The notes under the pieces: generated by a model
The model's database searches: none
Told to the model about the DNA's origin: nothing
What the model saw: the letters and a program-made list of their open reading frames with translations, nothing else
Made by a program: the position numbers and the translations under genes
Source of the DNA: Spirochaetia bacterium
GTDB lineage: Bacteria > Spirochaetota > Spirochaetia > WTKD01 > G963693115
Direction of reading: 5' to 3'
NCBI GenBank assembly: GCA_965226055.1
Contig: CBDDCA010000006.1
Coordinates: 544,001 to 608,000, forward strand
DNA length: 64,000 bases
In this document: one piece after another, positions 30,926 through 44,757 of the stretch
Layout: each line of letters begins with the position of its first letter
Position numbering within the stretch: position 1 is the first letter of the stretch

Positions 30926-31759
30926 ATGATACATGAACCTACAATTTTTTTATGTCCTCCCACCTATTTTCGAGTAGAAAGCACTATAAATATATGGATG
31001 AAAAAAACAAAAGATCCTGTAAATAGAGAAAAAGCACAGCAACAATGGAAATTTCTTAAAAATACACTTGAAACATATATTTCCGTAGAAACAATAGAGC
31101 CTCAAACAGAATTACCTGATATGGTATTTACTGCAAATGCAGGCTTCATTTATAAAAATAATGTAATACTCAGTACATTTCTCTATAAAGAAAGGAAAAA
31201 AGAAGCCCATTATTTTCAACAAAAATTTCTCTCACTTGACTACACAGTACATACTGTCCCTGATGCCTATACATTTGAAGGCTGTGGTGATGCACTATAC
31301 GATGAATATTATAACATAGTATGGGCAGGATATGGCTTTAGAAGCGATAAAGAAGTATATCCTTTCATAGAAGAACGTACTGGTATTCAGCCTATCTACA
31401 TGCAATTAATACAAGAATCTTTTTATCATCTTGACACTTGCCTATGTCCTCTTGCACATGGGTACATGCTATACTACCCTAAGGCTCTCTCGGATACTTC
31501 ACTTAAAACATTAGAGGATATAGTGCCAAAAGAAAAACGAATCCCTGTTTCTGATAAAGACGCCTTTTCTTTTGCTTGCAACGCCATCGCAATAAATAAC
31601 ACTATTATTCTTAACACAGTGTCTCAAGCACTTGTGAAAACATTACAAGAACAAGGCATGCATATACATCAAGTACCATTAGACGAGTTCTTAAAATCAG
31701 GAGGAACAGCAAAATGCCTTTCTCTTAGGCTTGACACCCCTTCTCTTCTTTCACCATAA
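30926..31759 (+). CDS. Guanidino-group-modifying enzyme (DDAH / arginine dihydrolase-like)
   Basis: CPPTYF...INIWM, PDMVFTAN, FEGCGD, YHLDTC, EFLKSGGTAKC. Confidence 0.88.
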   Translation: MIHEPTIFLCPPTYFRVESTINIWMKKTKDPVNREKAQQQWKFLKNTLETYISVETIEPQTELPDMVFTANAGFIYKNNVILSTFLYKERKKEAHYFQQKFLSLDYTVHTVPDAYTFEGCGDALYDEYYNIVWAGYGFRSDKEVYPFIEERTGIQPIYMQLIQESFYHLDTCLCPLAHGYMLYYPKALSDTSLKTLEDIVPKEKRIPVSDKDAFSFACNAIAINNTIILNTVSQALVKTLQEQGMHIHQVPLDEFLKSGGTAKCLSLRLDTPSLLSP

Positions 31760-31801
31760 TTTTTATTATAATCAAAAAAAGCAAAAAGCTGTTCTTAGTA
31801 A

Positions 31802-35924
<4,123 letters not shown>

Positions 35925-35981
35925 TGTTGTGTATTACAAGTGTCATACTACAAGTATTTTTATCGTACAGAGAATAAATAT

Positions 35982-36836
35982 TTATTCCCCTTTTACTGAC
36001 CCCATTGTTAATCCTGAAATAAACTGTTTCTGCATAAGAAAAAACATAATAACAGGAGGCAACGCAGCAACAACAGAACCTGCAGCAATTAAATTCCAAG
36101 AAGCTATCCACTGACCACGCAATGCTTGAATTCCTACTGTCACTGGACGCACTTTATCACTTTGTACAAGAGTAAGCGCCCAAAAAAAGTCATTCCACAC
36201 AAAGGTAAAAATAAGCACTGATAATGCAGAAAGAGTTGGTTTACTGAGAGGAAAAATAATCTTAAAGAAAATTCTCCATTCACCTGCCCCTTCCATACGG
36301 GCACTCTCAATCAAAGAAAAAGGGATAGTTTTAATAAAATTTCGTAAAAAAAATGTAGCAAATCCTGATTGAAACGCTATATGAAACAAAATAAGCGATA
36401 TAGGACTATCGTATGTTCCCATCCTTATAGAGAAATCACGTACTGGTATCATTAAAATCTGAAACGGAATAAAGTTACCTGCAATAAACAGCGAGAACAA
36501 CAATAGTCTGCCTCTAAAAATATGAAATGCTAACGCATATCCAGCAAGGGAGCTTATAAAAATTGTTACAATAACAGTAGGAATAGTAATAATAAGACTA
36601 TTGATAAAATACCGAAGCATAGGCGTATTCGTAAACACATTTGTATAGTTTTCTACTATATTCAATTCAGAAGGAACACCCCAATAATTTCCTTTGTTTA
36701 TATCGGCAGAACTTCGTACCGAAGTAAATAAAATTGCAATAAGCGGAAGTATCCACAATAATAAAGATACATATAAGGCAACTCTATAAGATACATTAGC
36801 AAACATGCCATGTTTCTGTATTGGACTAGGAAACAA
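35982..36836 (-). CDS. Carbohydrate ABC permease (MalG-like)
   Basis: ESARMEGA loop, WNDFFW, C-terminal GSVKG. Confidence 0.92.
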   Translation of the reverse strand: MFPSPIQKHGMFANVSYRVALYVSLLLWILPLIAILFTSVRSSADINKGNYWGVPSELNIVENYTNVFTNTPMLRYFINSLIITIPTVIVTIFISSLAGYALAFHIFRGRLLLFSLFIAGNFIPFQILMIPVRDFSIRMGTYDSPISLILFHIAFQSGFATFFLRNFIKTIPFSLIESARMEGAGEWRIFFKIIFPLSKPTLSALSVLIFTFVWNDFFWALTLVQSDKVRPVTVGIQALRGQWIASWNLIAAGSVVAALPPVIMFFLMQKQFISGLTMGSVKGE

Positions 36837-36852
36837 AATAACCTCCGTACTT

Positions 36853-37752
36853 TTAACTATTTTTTTCGTTTTTCAATAAACGAAATAAAAAATATACTAT
36901 ATATATATCCATTATTAAAAATAAAAATGTTGCTATTGCTGCAGCATACCCCATCTTAAAATTAAACAAGGCTTCATCAACCATGTGATATGCAAGTACA
37001 TAGCTAGATCCCCAAGGGCCTCCTGAGGTCATAATAGCAATAAGATCAAAACTTCGTAAAGAGCCAATAACTGTAACGACAATAGCAATAAAAGTTGCTG
37101 GTCGAAGCTGTGGCAATATAATATGAAACAGCATGCTTGTTTTTTCAGCCCCATCAATTCTTGCCGCTTCTACAATATCAGAACGAATATTAGTGAGTCC
37201 TGTGAGATACAAAATTAAACAATATGCTGTCTGAGGCCATAAAGAAGCGAAAATAATACCAAAGGTAGCGAGGGTAGGATCTGCAAGCACAGAAACAGGC
37301 TTAAGTCCAATGTTCTTAAACATAACCCCTAATAAGCCAAAATCAGGATTGTAAAACCATGAAAAAATAAGACCAACTACTACCAAATTAATCACAAATG
37401 GAAAGAAAAACATTGACTTTACAAACTTCATGCCCCTGATATTTTGGTTAAGAAACAAAGCAATAATGAGACCAAACACTGGAGCAAGAAAAGAAAATAT
37501 AAGCCAATACACATTATTACGAATTGAAACAAGAAATCGACTATCTGAAAATAAATCTATGAAATTTTTGAATCCTACCCATTCTTTAGGACCAAACCCA
37601 TTCCAACGATGAAATGCTAACCATATACTTTGCACAATAGGTATAAGCACAAAGATACTAAACATAATAAGCACAGGTAAGAGAAAACTTATGGTAACCC
37701 AAATACCTCCAGAGTATAACCTATGTTGCTTTTTCTTTACTAAAGATTGCAT
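36853..37752 (-). CDS. Carbohydrate ABC permease (MalF-like)
   Basis: EAARIDGA loop, MTSGGP. Confidence 0.92.
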   Translation of the reverse strand: MQSLVKKKQHRLYSGGIWVTISFLLPVLIMFSIFVLIPIVQSIWLAFHRWNGFGPKEWVGFKNFIDLFSDSRFLVSIRNNVYWLIFSFLAPVFGLIIALFLNQNIRGMKFVKSMFFFPFVINLVVVGLIFSWFYNPDFGLLGVMFKNIGLKPVSVLADPTLATFGIIFASLWPQTAYCLILYLTGLTNIRSDIVEAARIDGAEKTSMLFHIILPQLRPATFIAIVVTVIGSLRSFDLIAIMTSGGPWGSSYVLAYHMVDEALFNFKMGYAAAIATFLFLIMDIYIVYFLFRLLKNEKNS

Positions 37753-37807
37753 GTATGTACTACCTACTATATTTTATAATAGCACAATATCATTTTTTAG
37801 ACATGTA

Positions 37808-39337
37808 TCATGTTCCAAAAGAAGTAATATGCACTATATGTTCTTCATTAAACTCATTAGGAGCTAACTCTTTTACAATTTTTCCACTATGTAACACTAA
37901 TATGCGTGAACTTAAACGCATAAGCTCTGAAAATTCAGATGATACCAAAATAACAGTAATTCCTTCTTTTTGCAGCTCTTCTATAATAGTATATATTTCT
38001 TGTTTCGCTCCAACATCAATCCCGCGTGTTGGTTCATCCAACAAAAGAACATTAGAGTTTGTCATAAGAATTTTTGAAAAAATTACTTTCTGTTGATTTC
38101 CTCCGCTAAGATACAAAATACTAGAGCTATATTCTGGTCCTCGATAATTCATCCTTTTCAAAAAAGCATCAACTATTTTTTGTTCCGATGAAAAAGAAAG
38201 AAAATATTTTAATTTACATAATCGTTGCAAAATATTCAAAGACGCATTATGCTTTATGTTCATAGTTTTTACAAAGCCATCTTTTTTTCGTTCTTCTGTA
38301 AGAAACCCTATACCATTATCAATAGCTTGATGTGCATTTTGAATATGCACCTGTTTCTCATGTACATATATATTGCCACTTTCTAGCGGATATGATCCAT
38401 ATATTGCTCGTAATAGTTCACTACGTCCAGAACCTAGCATACCAGCAATACCAACAATCTCTCCCTTATATGCAGAGAAACTAATATCATCAATAATAGT
38501 TAAGTCTTTATTATGCGGATTGAGAAGCCGTATATTTTCAACACGTAGTACTTCTTGAGTATTCTTTTCTATAGACATAGGTGCAACTTCATCCTTCACC
38601 TCTTTGCCTATCATATCCCTAATAATACGTTTTTTATCAAAATTCTTTTTTTCATAAGAAGATATCAATGTTCCATCTCGCAATACTAATACCCTATCGG
38701 AAATAGTAAATACTTCTTGTAATCTATGAGAAATATAAATACAGCTTATCCCTTGCGCTTTAAGCGTTTCTATTACAGAGAATAATGTGCTAATTTCATT
38801 TTCTGTAAGAGAGGCAGTAGGTTCATCCAATATAAGAATATGTGGATTACGTGAAAGAGCCCTTGCTATACATATAATCTGTTGCTGACTTGCACTGAGA
38901 TTGCGTACTGGAATATCCACATCTACATCAAACTGTAACATGTCCAGTATTTTCTTTGCATCTTCTTTGATAGCTTTCCAATCAAGAAACCCAAATGTAT
39001 TTCTTTTCAATAACCCTAGCATTATGTTCTCTGCTACACTTAAATCATATTCAACGCTTATCTCTTGGTATATCATAGCAATGCCAAAATCATTTGCATC
39101 TTTAATTGAATGAAAACGCAGCTCTTGTTTTTGCTCGTTATATATTGCTCCCTCATACGATTGAAACGGATATACTCCACTGAGTATTTTTACCAATGTA
39201 GATTTTCCTGCACCATTTTCACCAAGAAGAGACAGCACCTCTCCTTTATACAAAGAAAAATGTATGTCAGTCAATACTGTATTAGAAAAAAACTTTTTTC
39301 CTAAGGCATCAATTGTAAGAATACTATTTGTTGACAT
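37808..39337 (-). CDS. Monosaccharide ABC ATP-binding protein (RbsA/XylG-like, two NBDs)
   Basis: GENGAGKST, LSGGNQQK, DEPTRGIDVG. Confidence 0.94.
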   Translation of the reverse strand: MSTNSILTIDALGKKFFSNTVLTDIHFSLYKGEVLSLLGENGAGKSTLVKILSGVYPFQSYEGAIYNEQKQELRFHSIKDANDFGIAMIYQEISVEYDLSVAENIMLGLLKRNTFGFLDWKAIKEDAKKILDMLQFDVDVDIPVRNLSASQQQIICIARALSRNPHILILDEPTASLTENEISTLFSVIETLKAQGISCIYISHRLQEVFTISDRVLVLRDGTLISSYEKKNFDKKRIIRDMIGKEVKDEVAPMSIEKNTQEVLRVENIRLLNPHNKDLTIIDDISFSAYKGEIVGIAGMLGSGRSELLRAIYGSYPLESGNIYVHEKQVHIQNAHQAIDNGIGFLTEERKKDGFVKTMNIKHNASLNILQRLCKLKYFLSFSSEQKIVDAFLKRMNYRGPEYSSSILYLSGGNQQKVIFSKILMTNSNVLLLDEPTRGIDVGAKQEIYTIIEELQKEGITVILVSSEFSELMRLSSRILVLHSGKIVKELAPNEFNEEHIVHITSFGT

Positions 39338-39339
39338 AA

Positions 39340-40272
39340 CTATTTTCTATTTCTATTTAATTGATCCACAATAACAGCTAAAACAAGTATAGAACCAATA
39401 ATAAGATTTTGCCAATATACTGATATTTTCATCACAGTCATACTATTAGAAAGCACTGAGGTAAAAAGGGCTCCCACAATCGTTCCAAACACGCTCCCTG
39501 CACCACCAAACATACTTGCACCACCAATTATTACTGCCACTGCTACTTGTAACTCAAAGCCTACTCCTACTCCAGGCTGTGCCGAACCAAGCCGAGCTGC
39601 CATCATAATACCTGTTAATGCTGCAAGCATAGCACATACAGAGTATACAAATAAGTACACTCTGGATATGCTAATTCCTGAAAGCTGTGCTGCTTCACGA
39701 TTACCCCCTACTGCATATATAGCACGTCCTATACGAGTATATTTAAGGATAACATGAACAACTATCGATAAAATTCCTGCAAGTATGACTACATTAGGGA
39801 TACCTACTATAGTACCCTGTTCTAATGATTGAAACTCTTTCCCTAAAGGATATACAGGAACTCCTTTTGTTACAATATTGACAATTCCTCTTGCAATATA
39901 GAGCATTCCTAATGTCATAATAAATGGAGGCACACTGAATCGATAAATAGTTATAGCATTTACTAAGCCTAGCATCAATCCTACTAAAAGCCCAAATACA
40001 ATAGCAAGAGGAATAGGAACATTGGAGGAGATACTCATTCCTGCAATAACTCCCCCCAGCGCAAGCATGGACCCCACTGATAAATCTAATCCTCCAGAAA
40101 TAAGAACAAGCGTAAATCCAAGAGAAGCTATAAGAAGAAATCCAGATGCTTTAAGCATACTGACTATATTGCCAAAAGAGAGAAAACTATTATTGACAAA
40201 ATATGCAATTATTATCAACAATACAAGAGGAACAAGAGTCCCCATATCCCTTAATCGAATTTTATTTTTCAT
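39340..40272 (-). CDS. Monosaccharide ABC permease (RbsC-like)
   Basis: GLDLSVG, GRAIYAVGGN, AVIIGG. Confidence 0.93.
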   Translation of the reverse strand: MKNKIRLRDMGTLVPLVLLIIIAYFVNNSFLSFGNIVSMLKASGFLLIASLGFTLVLISGGLDLSVGSMLALGGVIAGMSISSNVPIPLAIVFGLLVGLMLGLVNAITIYRFSVPPFIMTLGMLYIARGIVNIVTKGVPVYPLGKEFQSLEQGTIVGIPNVVILAGILSIVVHVILKYTRIGRAIYAVGGNREAAQLSGISISRVYLFVYSVCAMLAALTGIMMAARLGSAQPGVGVGFELQVAVAVIIGGASMFGGAGSVFGTIVGALFTSVLSNSMTVMKISVYWQNLIIGSILVLAVIVDQLNRNRK

Positions 40273-40285
40273 ATTTTATATACTA

Positions 40286-41266
40286 TTACTGCCAGGTTTC
40301 TACTTTCTTTATATCAGCACCATATGTTCTTAAATTATCCTTCGTCACTAAAATAGGAGGAATATCAATAACTTTTTTTGCAGGGACAGCTCCTGTACTT
40401 ATATAATCAAGAATAATCTGAGATGCTTGATATCCATAACGGAAAAAATTAACTGCCAAAGTTGCATGCATATATCCTTCATCAATAAGATCAAGCGTTT
40501 CATCTATATCATCAATCCCTATAATGACAACATCATCTCCACTCATTCCTTTTTCTCTTAGCACAGTTGCTGCTGCTGGTGCTGTCTCTGCTCCTGTACA
40601 ATAGAACACATTTAATTCAGGGTAAGAATTGAGTAACTCCTCAAAACGAGTAACTGCAGTAAAGGTATCGCTTTTACTTTCTACAATAGTTGTATGCTCA
40701 AATCCTGCTGGATGTGAAGAAAGAACATTGATATACGATTTAATAATATCATTTGCAATTTTATGCTCTACATTTGGCACTATCCCTGCCCCTACTATTG
40801 CTTTTCCTTTCATCACTTTTGCTATTTCCCCTCCTCCTATATTTCCAAAATCAGTAGGAGATAAACCTAAAAAGGCAAGCCTTTCTGCATTTGGAACATC
40901 GCCATCTACAAGCACTACTGGTATATTTGCATCTGACGCCATTTTTAATACAGGCTCTAGTGCTTCAGGAACTAAGCCTTGTGTGATAATCCCATCACTT
41001 TCCAAGTTTATAGCTATTTCTATCTGCTTGACCATTTCATTGACATCAAGTCCTTGTGGACCTATCCATTGAGGAACAAAATTCAAATCCTCAGCTGCTT
41101 GTTCAAATCCTTCTTTTGCTTTTAACCACACAGGGTGTGCAACCAAAGGAGTAACAAATGTAATTGTTACCTTGTCTTCCTTTTCTTCAGAACCAGCTGA
41201 GATAAAAGTAAAAAATACAGTACCACAAAGTACAAACAATGTGATTATTGATGCTATTTTTTTCAT
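40286..41266 (-). CDS. Monosaccharide ABC substrate-binding protein (RbsB-like)
   Basis: Signal peptide, HPVW, IPVVLVD, IIGID; GGAGG RBS. Confidence 0.9.
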   Translation of the reverse strand: MKKIASIITLFVLCGTVFFTFISAGSEEKEDKVTITFVTPLVAHPVWLKAKEGFEQAAEDLNFVPQWIGPQGLDVNEMVKQIEIAINLESDGIITQGLVPEALEPVLKMASDANIPVVLVDGDVPNAERLAFLGLSPTDFGNIGGGEIAKVMKGKAIVGAGIVPNVEHKIANDIIKSYINVLSSHPAGFEHTTIVESKSDTFTAVTRFEELLNSYPELNVFYCTGAETAPAAATVLREKGMSGDDVVIIGIDDIDETLDLIDEGYMHATLAVNFFRYGYQASQIILDYISTGAVPAKKVIDIPPILVTKDNLRTYGADIKKVETWQ

Positions 41267-41334
41267 AGCATACCTCCTAAAATTTTTTATAAATATTTAA
41301 TTCTTATAGTATATTTGTTATTTTCCTACGCCTT

Positions 41335-42603
41335 CTAGTTATCGAAAATTCTCTTTCGTTCCTTTTCAATAATAGCTCTAACCTCTGCTTCCTCATCAGG
41401 TCGCACCATAAAACGCTGAAACCCCTCCATGCCCTTTTTTGCCATCTCAGGAGCTGTGTCTCTGTCATAAAACTGAGCAAGCCCTTCCGCTGAGCTGAGT
41501 ACCGCAAACCCTTGCTTAAGAAACCTATCCGTAGGCTCTGCTGAAGTTGCATTAGGAGAAAGCGAGCCACTTGTTTCTGCTATAAATTTTGCATTATCTG
41601 CCCTTCCAACAAAGGCAAGAAATTTTTTCGCATCTTCTTTATTTTTCGCTCTGCTTGGAATATGAATAGTATCTACTGGAGCATCTTCAAATACCCCAAC
41701 AGAAGCATCTATTATAGGAAATTGAAAATACCCACTCACATCCTTTATTCCAGCAGTTTCTAAATCTGGCACTATAAAATTACCAATAAGATACATAGCC
41801 GCTGTTCCATTGATAAGGGGAGCTTGTGCCTCTTGCCATGAATAGGTAGCATGATTCTCTAAAAAGTACCCTTTCTTTACTAACTCTCCCCATGTATCAA
41901 ACACCGCATCTAAGCGAGCATCTTCATAGCTTATCTTTCCCTCCATCAATCCTATATGAAAATCATAGCCATTTATTCTTAAATTGAGATAATCAAACCA
42001 TCCCGCTGCAGTCCATAAATACTTTGTTCCTATAGTGATAGGAGTAATGCCATTTTTCTTAAGCGTTGCACAGGCAGCAAGAAACTCATCCCATGTTGTA
42101 GGCACTGTTATGCCGTACTGTTCAAATATATCACTTCGATAATATATTCCCCATTGATAATATGAAGAAGGTACTCCATACTGTTTTCCATCAATACTAA
42201 GTGATTTCAATGAAGAAGCAAGCTGTGTTTTAAAATCATTCTCTTCCCACACATCACTCACATCTTCAAATAGCCCTTGATCAACAAAAAATTTCATACG
42301 GTTTCCTGCAGACCACATAGTAACATCAGGAGCCTCAGAACTAAGAAAGTTTCGTATATTTGTTTTATATGCTTCATGAGCAAATGTAGTAACTTGTACA
42401 TCAATATCTGGATTTTCTTGTTCAAAACGTCGCACAATTTCTTCCCATGCCTCCCTAGGGGCAAGATCTGATGCATTAGAATTCATCACTAATACACGCC
42501 TTCCATCTGAGCTAGTCTCACCATCGCCACCAGCAAAAACATTTATTGTTGCATATGCACCAAACACTATAAAAAGAAAAAACAATACTGATATTTTTTT
42601 CAT
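41335..42603 (-). CDS. Oligosaccharide ABC substrate-binding protein, paralogue 1 of 3
   Basis: Family-1 SBP; start re-called at 42603 after GGAGG; near-identical to the next two genes. Confidence 0.92.
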   Translation of the reverse strand: MKKISVLFFLFIVFGAYATINVFAGGDGETSSDGRRVLVMNSNASDLAPREAWEEIVRRFEQENPDIDVQVTTFAHEAYKTNIRNFLSSEAPDVTMWSAGNRMKFFVDQGLFEDVSDVWEENDFKTQLASSLKSLSIDGKQYGVPSSYYQWGIYYRSDIFEQYGITVPTTWDEFLAACATLKKNGITPITIGTKYLWTAAGWFDYLNLRINGYDFHIGLMEGKISYEDARLDAVFDTWGELVKKGYFLENHATYSWQEAQAPLINGTAAMYLIGNFIVPDLETAGIKDVSGYFQFPIIDASVGVFEDAPVDTIHIPSRAKNKEDAKKFLAFVGRADNAKFIAETSGSLSPNATSAEPTDRFLKQGFAVLSSAEGLAQFYDRDTAPEMAKKGMEGFQRFMVRPDEEAEVRAIIEKERKRIFDN

Positions 42604-42702
42604 AAACACCTCCACATGAATAATAACTATTATAGTAAGTATAATATTAAGTATACTATATATTTCATATTTAAGTTTGTTAGTCATCTGGAGCTCAATT
42701 TT

Positions 42703-42781
42703 TTACACAGACATCCTTTGTAATAGGTTTTTTGTACTGCCCTGTAAGTAATACTTGTTTCTGTGTGAGAAATATTTTGTT
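42703..42781 (-). pseudogene. hsdS: C-terminal relic of a type I R-M specificity subunit
   Basis: Minus strand reads KIFLTQKQVLLTGQYKK, then after a frameshift LLQRMSV*, resembling the HsdS end KKxLLQxMFV*. Confidence 0.55.
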
Positions 42782-42859
42782 ACGAATCCTTATCTTATGA
42801 AAATTTTTGATGTCACACTTAGTAATTTTAATTCTTATAGTATATGTATCCTACGCTTT

Positions 42860-44128
42860 TTAGTTATCAAAAATTCTCTTTCGTTCCTTTTCCATCGCTG
42901 CTCTAATCTCTGCTTCTTCATCAGGCCGCACCATAAAACGCTGAAACCCTTCCATGCCCTTTTTTGCCATCTCAGGAGCTGTATCTCTGTCATAAAACTG
43001 AGCAAGCCCTTCCGCTGAGCTGAGTACCGCAAACCCTTGCTTAAGAAACCTATCCGTAGGCTCTGCTGAAGTTGCATTAGGAGAAAGCGAGCCACTTGTT
43101 TCTGCTACAATTTTTGCATTATCTGCTCTTCCAACAAAAGCAAGAAATTTTTTCGCATCTTCTTTATTTTTCGCTCTACTTGGAATATGTATAGTATCTG
43201 TTGGAGCATCTTCAAATATCCCAACAGAAGCATCTATTATAGGAAATTGAAAATACCCACTCACATCCTTTACTTCAGCAGCTTCTAATTCTGGCACTAT
43301 AAAATTACCAATAAGATACATAGCCGCTGTTCCATTGATAAAGGGAGCTCGTGCCTCTTGCCATGAATAGGTAGCATGGTTCTCTAAAAAGTATCCTTTC
43401 TCTATTAACTCTCCCCATGTATCAAACACTGCATCTAAGCGAGCATCTTCATAGCTTATCTTTCCTTCCATCAATTCCATATGAAAATCATAGCCATTTA
43501 TTCTTAAATTGAGATAATCAAACCATCCCGCTGCAGTCCATAAATACTTTGTTCCTATAGTGATAGGAGTAATGCCATTTTTCTTAAGCGTTGCACAGGC
43601 AGCAAGAAACTCATCCCATGTTGTAGGCACTGCTATGCCGTACTGTTCAAATATATCACTTCGATAATATATTCCCCATTGATAATACGAATAAGGTACT
43701 CCATACTGCTTTCCATCAATACTAAGTGATTTCAATGAAGAAGCAAGCTGTGTTTTAAAATCATTCTCTACCCACACATCACTCACATCCTCAAATAGCC
43801 CTTGATCAACAAAAAATTTCATACGATTTCCTGCATACCACATGGCAACATCAGGAGCCTCAGAGCTAAGAGAGTTTCGTATATTTGTTTTATATGCTTC
43901 ATGATCAAATGTAGTAAGCTGTACATCAATATCTGGATATTCATTTTCAAAACGTTGCACAATCTCTTCCCATCCTTTTTTAGCGAAAGGATCTGATGCA
44001 TTAGAATTTATCATTAATACACGTCTTCCATCTGAGCTAGTCTCACCATCGCCACCAGCAAAAACATTTATTGTTGCATATGCACCAAACACTATAAAAA
44101 GAAAAAATAATACTGATATTTTTTTCAT
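42860..44128 (-). CDS. Oligosaccharide ABC substrate-binding protein, paralogue 2 of 3
   Basis: As paralogue 1; start re-called at 44128. Confidence 0.92.
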   Translation of the reverse strand: MKKISVLFFLFIVFGAYATINVFAGGDGETSSDGRRVLMINSNASDPFAKKGWEEIVQRFENEYPDIDVQLTTFDHEAYKTNIRNSLSSEAPDVAMWYAGNRMKFFVDQGLFEDVSDVWVENDFKTQLASSLKSLSIDGKQYGVPYSYYQWGIYYRSDIFEQYGIAVPTTWDEFLAACATLKKNGITPITIGTKYLWTAAGWFDYLNLRINGYDFHMELMEGKISYEDARLDAVFDTWGELIEKGYFLENHATYSWQEARAPFINGTAAMYLIGNFIVPELEAAEVKDVSGYFQFPIIDASVGIFEDAPTDTIHIPSRAKNKEDAKKFLAFVGRADNAKIVAETSGSLSPNATSAEPTDRFLKQGFAVLSSAEGLAQFYDRDTAPEMAKKGMEGFQRFMVRPDEEAEIRAAMEKERKRIFDN

Positions 44129-44211
44129 ACATTCCTCCATGTGAATATAACTATTATAGTATTAAGTATACTACATACTTTATATTTAAGTTTATTAATC
44201 ATCTTGGAGTT

Positions 44212-44317
44212 TGCGGATTCAAGTATTAAATGCGACAAAGGAGCAAAAAAAGTAAGAAAAAATAAAAAAAGGAATGCACTCTATAATTGATAAGCAAAAC
44301 AAATTAGGAGGTCTCCT
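44212..44317 (+). mobile_element. Truncated IS30-family end (IR plus leader, no transposase)
   Basis: TGCGGATTCAAGTATTAAATGCGACA IR, then sequence similar to 50281-50360 ending at GGAGGTCTCCT. Confidence 0.88.
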
Positions 44318-44628
44318 GGTGTCTCAGAATAAGTTTTAAAAAAACATCTCCTAATCGAACTTTAGTTTGCTTTTCACCATCTGCTATTCTAACAAACCCA
44401 AAATTTGGAGTGTTTATTGTAGCCGAACTAAATATTTGCATATATTGAATAAAGGTTTTCCTTTACCAAAATCATCTTTTGTCTTACCAGACAAACCACT
44501 AAATGTTGCTCCAATCTCCTTCAATCGTCTTTCTTCCCAATCAGGAAAATCAGAGCCATCGTCCTGCTTGAAGCGTATGGATGGGGTACTAAAATAGTAG
44601 GCACTTATGCTTTGTCTTGTTTATTCAT
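44318..44628 (-). pseudogene. hsdS: N-terminal relic of a type I R-M specificity subunit
   Basis: Across several frameshifts: PSIRFKQDDGSDFPDWEERRLKEIGATFSGLSGKTKDDFGKGKP / IQYMQIFSS...GEKQTKVRLGDV / TYSETP. Confidence 0.85.
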
Positions 44629-44757
44629 CCAATGTATAATATATATAGCAATATAGCCATTATGTGAGTCCATTTTGTACAAGCCTTTCATGTCTTACTT
44701 TGCTCTTGAATTTCGTAATTCCTATAGTAATTTATGCTACTATTTTCTTTACGCCTT

